DNA of 50,860 nt from Candidatus Latescibacterota bacterium (lineage in GTDB: Bacteria > Latescibacterota > UBA2968 > GCA-2709665), in contig CAXXJS010000065.1 in NCBI GenBank assembly GCA_963662665.2, positions 1-50,860 on the forward strand, in the 5' to 3' direction. Position 1 is the first letter of the stretch; every line of letters starts with the position of its first letter. Shown one piece after another: positions 1 to 9,968 of the stretch. Under the pieces are notes generated by a model. It saw nothing but the letters and a program-made list of their open reading frames with translations. It had not been told where the DNA came from and searched no databases. The position numbers were made by a program, and so were the translations under genes.

Positions 1-480
1 AACAAGGACACGGCATCCGTTTTCGGCCAGGCGCCGGGCAACCTGGGCGGGTGCCGGTACGCCGGGTTGCAATCCGGCAAATTGCTCAGGCGTGAAATCG
101 CAGTCTGGCAGGGCAACGACGTTGGCAACGGGCGGCCCGTCGGGCTGCAGCAGGAGGCCCTCGCCGTCGACACCCTTGAACGCGGGCCAGATGACTTCGA
201 AGATCCGAAAGCCCGGACCCGAAGCAACTTCCGCCGGGCCGTGAACCGGTGAAACGATCCGGATGGTTCCGCTCTCGCGGGAATCGATAAGGCCCAACAT
301 CTCTGAGAGGCTTTGACGGAGCGCCCGGTCCGTATCCGTCGCTCGCCGGCAATCCCGGTGTCTCCGCGCGGATCGAGTTTCACGCATGAGGAACCGGTCC
401 ATACCCGCGACCATGGCGGCGGCCATGTCGCCCTCGACGTCCAGCCGCTTCGTTCCGGGCAAAATGCCGTTGCTTGACAT
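1..480 (-). CDS. 5' part of a probable alpha/beta-hydrolase (dienelactone hydrolase-like) protein; runs off the window start
   Basis: Not in ORF track. Manual translation from ATG at 480 is open to base 1: MSSNGILPGTKRLDVEGDMAAAMVAGMDRFL...EVIWPAFKGVDGEGLLLQPDGPPVANVVALPDCDFTPEQFAG...ARRLAENGCRVLV. GGGGGA RBS-like upstream. Family call is from recalled resemblance only. Confidence 0.7.
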   Translation of the reverse strand, partial: MSSNGILPGTKRLDVEGDMAAAMVAGMDRFLMRETRSARRHRDCRRATDTDRALRQSLSEMLGLIDSRESGTIRIVSPVHGPAEVASGPGFRIFEVIWPAFKGVDGEGLLLQPDGPPVANVVALPDCDFTPEQFAGLQPGVPAPAQVARRLAENGCRVLV

Positions 481-660
481 AGGTGGTCCCCCGGAATCTC
501 AAAATCCCGTATCGAAAGGAATTCGATGCATCCCTGCCGCACGACGAGCCGTGGTTCAATATCCGTCTTCCATTCAATCTGCACCCGTCGGCTTGTCCCT
601 GGCCGAGATGCTACCACAAGCTAACGTATCGCGTCCTCAATATCAACAGACATCCACCGA

Positions 661-1839
661 TCATGACAGAACCTGGGTCAATTCGTCGCTTTCCCAGGTG
701 ATCTGCACGCTTCCGTTGTCCGTAATCACGAAAACGTCCTCCCACAGCATCTGAACGCCGTCCGCGCTCAAACCCGGCTCGGTGCTCAGAACCATCCCGG
801 GTCTTAACGGCGTGTGGTCGTCCGGATGAATGCTGGGTGGTTCCGTAATCAACAAGCCCTGCCCGTGGCCCATCCGGGAAGGTCCGAACCGGTTCAACCC
901 ACTGCTCTTTACACACGCCTTGTGGATCGCCTCCATTCCCACACGGTAAACCTCGCTGCATCTCACGCCTGGGACGAGGGCTGCCGCCATCTTCCGGTTC
1001 ACCTCCAACAGCGCCACGTACATGCGTCTCAATGCATCCTTCGCCCTACCCAGAACACCCCACCGCGTATAGTCAATGGTATACATCCCCACGCGGGCGC
1101 CCGTGTCCACGCCGATGACCTGACCGGCCGCCAGCGGCCTGTCGTAACCGAACGGGTTCCGCGATCCCGGGATACCCAGCAGCAGCATGACAAACGAAGT
1201 CCCATCGCCGCCTTCTTCCAGAATCAGCCGGCGCATCAGGCGGGTGGCTTCACGCTCGGTCATCCCGGGTCGGATCATCCCGAACAGCCGCTGACGGGCC
1301 CGTGCGGTCACTTCCCCTGCCTGCCGGATATACGCCAACTCTTCCTCCGACTTTACCATCCGCAGTTTTACGATCACCTGCGCAGCGTCCACGAACGCGA
1401 CGTCGGGCAACGCGCCCGTCAAATCCCGATACACCCCCACCGGCATTCCCATCCTCTGTTCCTGCCCCAATTCCACGCCCGCGGACCCTCCCGACGCTCC
1501 CGCGTCCCGCAATGCCTGTATCGCCGCCAATTGCGGAAACTCGAACAGTTCAGTGTATCCCCGCACGTCGGTCACATAGGATCCCAGCGCCAGGTTGTCC
1601 TCCCCCTGTGTGATAACGATCGGCTCCCCGTCCCGGGGCAGGATGAAGACCGACGGCCGGGTCAGCGACGCGTGAAGGGCCGTGCTCGCCGTTGTGCCGG
1701 CGAAATACTGAAAGTTCTCCTCGCCGGTGACGAACAGCGCGTCCATCCCGCGCCTGTCCATTTCCTCCCGTGCGCGGGCATACCGTCGCTCCATCTCTTC
1801 ACGGGTGAACATTGCATATTCAAGATTGCCCGATCCCAT
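661..1839 (-). CDS. Xaa-Pro peptidase family (M24) protein with creatinase-type N-terminus
   Basis: RMVKSEEEL, DTGA..YTIDYTR, GHGQGL..EPP, STEPG, WED metal-site motifs. Confidence 0.9.
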   Translation of the reverse strand: MGSGNLEYAMFTREEMERRYARAREEMDRRGMDALFVTGEENFQYFAGTTASTALHASLTRPSVFILPRDGEPIVITQGEDNLALGSYVTDVRGYTELFEFPQLAAIQALRDAGASGGSAGVELGQEQRMGMPVGVYRDLTGALPDVAFVDAAQVIVKLRMVKSEEELAYIRQAGEVTARARQRLFGMIRPGMTEREATRLMRRLILEEGGDGTSFVMLLLGIPGSRNPFGYDRPLAAGQVIGVDTGARVGMYTIDYTRWGVLGRAKDALRRMYVALLEVNRKMAAALVPGVRCSEVYRVGMEAIHKACVKSSGLNRFGPSRMGHGQGLLITEPPSIHPDDHTPLRPGMVLSTEPGLSADGVQMLWEDVFVITDNGSVQITWESDELTQVLS

Positions 1840-2418
1840 CGACCTTCAGTCTCCCTTGCGTTTCAGTTCCGACAACGCGTGAATCGAGACGTGTAACGCC
1901 GGATCTCAATACCCAAACGTTGTTTTGATAGGGTCAGGGACGCCTGCGATTCGCGCCTCGAAATGACTTCAACAACGTCAGCGGCCGCGGGTTGAATTCA
2001 CTACCAACTGACGTTAGTTTCCAGGCGGTCACGGATTCATGACCGTGAAATCTAGGGGGATCAAGACTGAATTAAATAATTTATCTGTTATTTTATATTT
2101 ATTACACAAAAACGCATTTGGGGGACTATTTTATTCTTATATATTGATATATTGATAGTATGTCGATATATTTTCAGTCGGATTGACCGTTAAACAAAGC
2201 ACGGCAAGATGATGTAGTTAGCGCCCGTACCACCTGAGCGTTGGCACCTCAATCGAAGCAACCGTTTCAGACGACGGGCACCCAAGATAGTTTCGGGCCG
2301 GGACGGGCGCAAGCCACTTTGCCTGACGATTCGACGAACGCAAGTCCTGCGACCGGAGAGGCGCGTCTGATTTCTCGAAAGCTGAGTTTCATTCAATCTG
2401 AAAAGGAGAAACCCAATC

Positions 2419-2808
2419 GTGCGGAAAGTATTGGAGAAGTGTCCGACGTGCGACGGCGAACTCACGATATCGGGTTTGCAGTGTCACTCCTGCCACACAA
2501 GAATCGAAAGTCAGTACTCGACGTGTCCCTTCTGTCGCCTGCAGCAGCAGAGCCTGGACTTTATCGAGATCTTTGTGAAGAGTCGCGGCAACATCAAGGA
2601 AATGGAACGTGAACTCGGGATCTCCTATCCGACGGTTCGCAACCGCCTGAATGCCGTTATCGCGGAGCTTGGCTATGAAGTCCGCGCAGAGTCAGACCCG
2701 CCGGACGACGGCACAGAGAAGCGCGGCGAAATCCTGAAGCAGCTCAATGACGGGGAATTATCCGCGGCGGAAGCGGCCGAACTGATAAAGCAGCTGAGGA
2801 GGAAATAA
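2419..2808 (+). CDS. DUF2089 family protein (Zn ribbon + HTH + SHOCT-like tail)
   Basis: CPTC..CHSC, GNIKEMERELGISYPTVRNRL, EILKQLNDGELSAAEA; AAGGAG RBS upstream. Confidence 0.9.
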   Translation: MRKVLEKCPTCDGELTISGLQCHSCHTRIESQYSTCPFCRLQQQSLDFIEIFVKSRGNIKEMERELGISYPTVRNRLNAVIAELGYEVRAESDPPDDGTEKRGEILKQLNDGELSAAEAAELIKQLRRK

Positions 2809-2810
2809 CC

Positions 2811-3887
2811 ATGGGCACGGAAAGACTCGAAATCCTCAAAATGCTCTCCGAGGGGAAAATAAACCCCGAAGAGGCCGAGATGTTATTGCGCGCGCTCGAC
2901 GAGCCGACCGGCACGAACGAAGAAACTGAAACGGAAAGGGGCAGACGCAAGAAGAGAAGTGGGACGTTCGACAGATTCACGGAAGTCTTCAGCGAAGTCG
3001 GAAAAGAGATCGAAAGCGAGGTAGGCAAAGCGCTTGAGTCGGTGCGGTTGCAGGACATCGGGAAGATGGTGAACGAAGCGGTGGACCGGGCGACCTCCTC
3101 CGTGGCCGGCGCCGGTGAAGGGTGGGAAGCAGACGCGGAACAACGCAGTGGAGGGCGACGGCAGGACTGGACGTTCGATGCCGAAGGTATCGCCGGGATT
3201 CACGCGGAAACCGTCAACGGCGCGATCTCTGTCAAAGGCACCGAGGGCGACAGGATCGTCGTCCACGCCTGGAAAGCGGTTCACGGGCGACGCTCGGTAA
3301 CGGAAGATTTCGAGCGGGAAGTGGAAGTCCGCGCCGAACGGGTAGGAGACGAGGTCCGCGTTACTGCCGAACATCCCACGCCGCCAGGGGGCGTCAACGT
3401 CGTCATTCGCTATGAAATTGAGACGCCGCGGGCGGTACGCGTGCGTCTCAGCACCGTCCAGGGGAGCATCAAGATCCAGGGTACCAATGGCGCGGTTAAT
3501 GCCGAAAGCGTCAATGGATCGGTGAAACTAGCTGGAGAGACAGGCCCGATTGAAGTGCAAACCGTCAACGGCTCGATCGCAATTAAAGCCGTCCGACTCA
3601 CCGACGCCGCCAATGTGTCGACGACCAATGGTTCGATACAGATGGACGTGAGTGAAGCGCTCGGTCAGGTAACCGCCGCGACAAACAACGGCTCGGTCAA
3701 ATTGACGCTTCCGTCAGGTTTTACGGGCCGCATCGACGCCAAAACGAGTAATGGGCGCGTCCGCAGCGATTTTCCCGTTGCCGCGGAGCGCAAATCCAGA
3801 GGCCGCCTGAAAGGCGACATCGGGGATGGAGGGGATGCGGTTGTAAAGCTGAGGAGCATGAATGGAAGCATCCATCTGAAGCAGTGA
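2811..3887 (+). CDS. SHOCT-like N-terminus + DUF4097 beta-strand repeat protein (YvlB/LiaX-like)
   Basis: ERLEILKMLSEGKINPEEAEMLL; repeated T/S-V/T/N/M-NGS units; GAGGAGG RBS; 2 bp after the DUF2089 gene. Confidence 0.88.
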   Translation: MGTERLEILKMLSEGKINPEEAEMLLRALDEPTGTNEETETERGRRKKRSGTFDRFTEVFSEVGKEIESEVGKALESVRLQDIGKMVNEAVDRATSSVAGAGEGWEADAEQRSGGRRQDWTFDAEGIAGIHAETVNGAISVKGTEGDRIVVHAWKAVHGRRSVTEDFEREVEVRAERVGDEVRVTAEHPTPPGGVNVVIRYEIETPRAVRVRLSTVQGSIKIQGTNGAVNAESVNGSVKLAGETGPIEVQTVNGSIAIKAVRLTDAANVSTTNGSIQMDVSEALGQVTAATNNGSVKLTLPSGFTGRIDAKTSNGRVRSDFPVAAERKSRGRLKGDIGDGGDAVVKLRSMNGSIHLKQ

Positions 3888-5540
<1,653 letters not shown>

Positions 5541-5600
5541 CCGGAAAGTCCTTACGTCGCCTGCTTACACGGAGAAGAGACGGCGCGTCCAGTCCAGGCG

Positions 5601-6953
5601 TTACCGCACCAGCCGAGTGAACAGATCCGTCCGCATCTCGCACTGCAGCAACTCATCCAGCCGCCGGTTTTCCAACCCGTCTTTGATCACCGCGAAACTT
5701 TCCCGCACCGCCGCCTCGGTGTGGTCCAGGGCGGCCTCGTCGTGCGCGCAGTTGAAGAAGAAACCGGTGGACAGGATCAATCCTCGTTTCGCGTTCTCCT
5801 GAATGAACAGGGTTGTCACCTTCCCGGCCGTTTCGGGGTTATCAACGTGAAAACGGATACCCGGGTGGGCGGCTACACCCACGCATTCGGCTGCAACACC
5901 CGCCTCCCTCGCCGCCCGGTTGATCCTCTCTTTGAACGATTCCCCGATCCGCTCGAAATGGGTCACCGCATCCCTCCGCTCCAGTTCCCGGAGGGTCGTC
6001 AGGGCGGCCACGGTTCCGATTGGATCGTCCCAGTACGCGCTCGATATGAACATCCTTGAAACAGGTTCCATCACCTCCCGTCTGCCAACCACGGCCGCCA
6101 TCGGATACCCGTTAGAAATCGCCTTTGCGAATACCGACAGATCCGGTACCACGCCCGTGTACTCCTGCACCCCGCCCAGCGCGATTCGGAAACCGCAAGA
6201 CACTTCGTCAAAAATGAGCACCACGCCATACTTCGTTGCCAATGCGCGAACTCCCTCCAGGTAACCGGGAGGGGGAAATTCTGTGCGCATCGGCTCCATA
6301 ATTATGCACGCGACTTCATTTCGGTGCGTCTTCAGCAGGTCCTCCAGCACTTGCAGGTCGCCGTACTCGAACGGAATCGTGGTCCCTTCCAGCATCCGCG
6401 GCACACCGATCGGCTCGATTCCCGGGCGCAGATGGCTGTCGAGCCGTTCCTCACCCAGATTGGCCGCCAGGTACCAATCGTGCCAACCGTGATAACCGCA
6501 GAACAGCACCCTGTCCTTCCCCGTAAACCCACGCGCGATCCGTACCGCCACGGTACACGCTTCACCGCCTCCTTTTGCATAACGCACCATCTCCGCCGAA
6601 GGAACCAGCCGGACCAGTTCTTCGGCCAGTTCCACGGCGCTTTCGTGCACGATACTGCAGATGCCGCCCCGGTCGATCTGTTCCCTGACCGCCGCGTCCA
6701 CGACTGGATCCGCATATCCCAGGATGATCGGCCCGACCCCGCTCATCCAATCCACGTATTCGTTCCCGTCGACGTCCCATATCCGGCACCCCTTCGCCCT
6801 GGCGGCGTACACCGGGCTCACGCCCAGGGCCGCCTGCGTGGGACGGCGGCTGAGCAACTGCGTCACGCCCGGAATCACTGCCTGCGCCCGCTCGTACACC
6901 TCCATTGACCGGGCAACCGAATGCTCAGCAGGCATGGTGTTCCTTTTGTCCAT
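5601..6953 (-). CDS. Class III PLP aminotransferase (GSA aminomutase-like)
   Basis: WDVDGNEYVD, GYHGWHDW, IFDEVSCGFR, FAKAISNGYP; start moved to ATG 6953 after GGAGG RBS. Confidence 0.9.
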   Translation of the reverse strand: MDKRNTMPAEHSVARSMEVYERAQAVIPGVTQLLSRRPTQAALGVSPVYAARAKGCRIWDVDGNEYVDWMSGVGPIILGYADPVVDAAVREQIDRGGICSIVHESAVELAEELVRLVPSAEMVRYAKGGGEACTVAVRIARGFTGKDRVLFCGYHGWHDWYLAANLGEERLDSHLRPGIEPIGVPRMLEGTTIPFEYGDLQVLEDLLKTHRNEVACIIMEPMRTEFPPPGYLEGVRALATKYGVVLIFDEVSCGFRIALGGVQEYTGVVPDLSVFAKAISNGYPMAAVVGRREVMEPVSRMFISSAYWDDPIGTVAALTTLRELERRDAVTHFERIGESFKERINRAAREAGVAAECVGVAAHPGIRFHVDNPETAGKVTTLFIQENAKRGLILSTGFFFNCAHDEAALDHTEAAVRESFAVIKDGLENRRLDELLQCEMRTDLFTRLVR

Positions 6954-7026
6954 CTCCGATCCTCCCGATAGGGTGTTTACGCGGGTCCCAGAGAAGAAGA
7001 CGAGCGACGCGCCATGGATCGCCGAT

Positions 7027-7824
7027 CTACCACGCCGTCCATCCGCCGTCAATCGTCAGATTCTGTCCGGTCATATAGCTGCTCGCGTCACTGGCGAGAA
7101 AAACAATCGCACCCTTCAGTTCGTGCGGTTCTCCCATGCGTCCCATCGGACTCTTCGTACACAGCCGGTCCACCATCTCGGCCGGGGCCTTGCTCATATT
7201 GGGAAACGGCCCCGGACTCAGACAATTCACCCGCACGCGGTCCGCCGACCAGTAAACCGCCAGGTGACGCGTCACATGGATGATCCCGCCCTTCAGCGCG
7301 TGATAGGCCGCGGGGCTGGCTGGACAGACACCCGCGTACGTGTCCGGATAGGACGCCACCTGGCCGTACATGGACCCGAGCATGACAATGCTCGCGGACG
7401 CCCCGCGTTCCACGGCGTCGTTTCGCATCAGCCGGGCAAGCGTGAAGTAACCGGCGACATTGGCCTGCTGCCGCGCGAATTGCTCGTGCGTCACGTCCGT
7501 CCAGTCGTTCAACAGGCCCTCGTGCCCGTTGTTGACCAGAACGTCGATATGTCCTGTCGTTTCCACCGCCTCGGCAAAGCCGGCCTCGATGGATCCCCCG
7601 TCCAAATGATCCAGCTGCACGCCAATGTGCGCCGCGTCTCCTGGCAATGCCTTCGCCGCTGCCTCGGCGCGGCTGCGGTCCCGGCTGCTGATAATGACCC
7701 TGGCCCCCGCCTCGGCCAACGCCCTGGCGAACGCCGAACCCAGAAACCCCGTTCCGCCCGTGACCAGCGCCGCCTTTCCACTCAAGTCGAACAGCCTCTG
7801 CACCGTCGGTTCGCTCGTCGCCAT
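7027..7824 (-). CDS. SDR family oxidoreductase (gluconate 5-dehydrogenase-like)
   Basis: TGGTGFLG, VLVNNG, YHALK (YxxxK), TGQNLTIDGGW; start ATG 7824 after AGGAG. Confidence 0.92.
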   Translation of the reverse strand: MATSEPTVQRLFDLSGKAALVTGGTGFLGSAFARALAEAGARVIISSRDRSRAEAAAKALPGDAAHIGVQLDHLDGGSIEAGFAEAVETTGHIDVLVNNGHEGLLNDWTDVTHEQFARQQANVAGYFTLARLMRNDAVERGASASIVMLGSMYGQVASYPDTYAGVCPASPAAYHALKGGIIHVTRHLAVYWSADRVRVNCLSPGPFPNMSKAPAEMVDRLCTKSPMGRMGEPHELKGAIVFLASDASSYMTGQNLTIDGGWTAW

Positions 7825-7994
7825 TTGTGATCTCCTGGAGTTACAAGCTTTCAGCCCTCGGTTCTCAGCTGTCAGCTTACCCGTTCCCGACCCACCCGGG
7901 GTCCCGGTTGACAAGGCTCGCAGATGGATGCCTGACGTCGGTCGAGGAACGGTAAGAAATAAATTAAACTATTTATTTACATAATTTTATTTTC

Positions 7995-9929
7995 TCAATC
8001 TGGCAACGCTTGACCTTCCTCTGTCGGCGGAATGATCGGCAGCACGACGTGGGAAGGCCGCGCCAGGTCCACGTAAACCGTATTGCGGGCCACAATGGAA
8101 TGGGTATGCCGGCCCACGGGCTCTCCGGTATTCGGGTTCACGTCGAACCGGGGGAAATTGCTGCTGGAGATATCCACACGGACCCGATGGCCGCGTTTGA
8201 AGAGATTGCTGGTTGGGGGCAGATCGATCCTGACCGCGTACACCTCGCCCGGCGTCATCATCTCCGCCTTCTCCCACCCGTTCCGATAGCGCGTGCGGAT
8301 GATGGAGTCGACCAGATTCATGTGATAGCCGGACGGATAGTCTTCACTGGACGGATAGACGTCGATCAGCTTTGCCGTGAAATCCGTATCCACGGCGTTG
8401 GAAGAGATCCAGAGATTCACCGCAAGCGGGCCGGTCACCTCAACGTCCTCATCCAGCGGGTCCGTCTGAAAGACCAGCACGTCCGCCCGGGACGCCAGGG
8501 GCGGATACGGCGGTGCGGCGCCGACAATGCCCGGGGCCTCCTGCTGGTGGGCGGCTCCGTCCGGCACGATGCTGCGCATGCGCGCTCTCGGGGGCGTGTA
8601 CCGCGCGACCATGCCCTCCCCGAGGGGCACCATCTCGTAGAATCCGGTCACGTTTCCCGCGATGGTGGGTACCGGGTGATCCGGGTCGTGCTGATATGAC
8701 ACGGGCGCGCCGTCCTTCCCGGGCGTTTCCGGACGGAGTCCGCCGCCACTGTGGAAATGGAACTCCGTGGACCTGGTGCGGGAAAGCGGCCACTCCCGCT
8801 CGGACCGCCACGCGCCGCCATGGTTCAGGCGACCTTCAGGGTTGCGCCGGCCATCGCCTCCTCCCATCACGAAAATACGCACCGGAGGATCGTCGTCCAC
8901 GTCGTTGCAGATACCCTTCAACCAGCGGTCGAACCAGCGTTGCCGCTCCCGGTTGTACACGTCGTCGCCCCACGCCGCGTCCACTCCGAAATCCACGTCT
9001 CCGGCAAACGAATCCCCCTCTCCCCGTATACCGCCGTGGTTCCACGGGCCCATCAACAGCCGCTGGGGCGTCCGGTTCTGTTTCGACATTGCCGTGAAAT
9101 AGTTCGTCGTCGCCCCCGCGAAGGGATCGTACCAGCCCCCGCTGAAAACGGACGGGATGTCGCCGTGCCGGTTGAAGTGGCGCTCCTGGTCGCAGCAGTC
9201 CTGTTGCCAGAATTCGTCGTATTCGCCGCGATAATAGTAATCGAAAAGCACCCGTTCGAGATTGGGCACCAGGGCAAGAGGCGTGTCCCCCCGTTTGAAG
9301 GGAGTGGAATAAACCAATTCTCTCATGCGCTCCATGGCGTCCTCGAACGCTTTTCCCGCGGCGGGGTTGTCCCTGATCTCCTGGGCGTCGTGTCCGTGCA
9401 GAAACAGGGCCCCGAACATGTGCAGCGCCATCGCGCCTCCCTCGCGGGAGCAATGCGTGTACATATTGGTTGGCCCCACGTCCTGCCACATCGCCGTCAG
9501 ACCCGGCGGCCGGTACAGCGCCATGACCGCCTGTACGATGGCGCCGTGCGAACTTCCCACCGTGCCCACACGCCCGTTCGACCACGGTTGTTCTGCAATC
9601 CAGGCCACCGTGTCGTAGCCGTCCCGGCCCTCGTCCGGATTGGCGGTATGGAAGTATTGCCCCGTGCCTTCCGACCGGTGCCGTCCCCTCAGGTCCTGGA
9701 TCACCGCCGCGTATCCTCTCCGGGCAAAAAACATCCCGACGGGCTCCGCCCACATTTGAGGACTGCTCTTGTCATAGGACGTCCGCCCCAGGATTGCCGG
9801 AAATGGACCCGGCGCAGGTTCCCCTTCCACAGCGGGGCGGTAAACGTCCGTCGCCAGCCGCACGCCGTCACGCATTGGCACCATGACGTCCGTGGCTGTG
9901 ACCACGCCGTATCTCGGTTCCGAGTTCAT
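7995..9929 (-). CDS. CocE/NonD family hydrolase (peptidase S15)
   Basis: VPMRDGVRLATDVYRP, QDLRGRHRSEG, GSSHG nucleophile elbow, GGWYD, GPWNH, SSSNFPRFDVNPNTG. Confidence 0.93.
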   Translation of the reverse strand: MNSEPRYGVVTATDVMVPMRDGVRLATDVYRPAVEGEPAPGPFPAILGRTSYDKSSPQMWAEPVGMFFARRGYAAVIQDLRGRHRSEGTGQYFHTANPDEGRDGYDTVAWIAEQPWSNGRVGTVGSSHGAIVQAVMALYRPPGLTAMWQDVGPTNMYTHCSREGGAMALHMFGALFLHGHDAQEIRDNPAAGKAFEDAMERMRELVYSTPFKRGDTPLALVPNLERVLFDYYYRGEYDEFWQQDCCDQERHFNRHGDIPSVFSGGWYDPFAGATTNYFTAMSKQNRTPQRLLMGPWNHGGIRGEGDSFAGDVDFGVDAAWGDDVYNRERQRWFDRWLKGICNDVDDDPPVRIFVMGGGDGRRNPEGRLNHGGAWRSEREWPLSRTRSTEFHFHSGGGLRPETPGKDGAPVSYQHDPDHPVPTIAGNVTGFYEMVPLGEGMVARYTPPRARMRSIVPDGAAHQQEAPGIVGAAPPYPPLASRADVLVFQTDPLDEDVEVTGPLAVNLWISSNAVDTDFTAKLIDVYPSSEDYPSGYHMNLVDSIIRTRYRNGWEKAEMMTPGEVYAVRIDLPPTSNLFKRGHRVRVDISSSNFPRFDVNPNTGEPVGRHTHSIVARNTVYVDLARPSHVVLPIIPPTEEGQALPD

Positions 9930-9968
9930 ATTCTTCCGGCTCCTCCGATAGACGAAAACGATGCTGGT

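Noticed and set aside
814-1896. 360-aa plus-strand ORF, and similar long antisense ORFs at 6661-7830, 8751-10064, 10692-12266, 14470-15459, 21190-22425 and 46299-47462
   Set aside because: Shadow frames opposite well-supported genes, expected at high GC; no motifs
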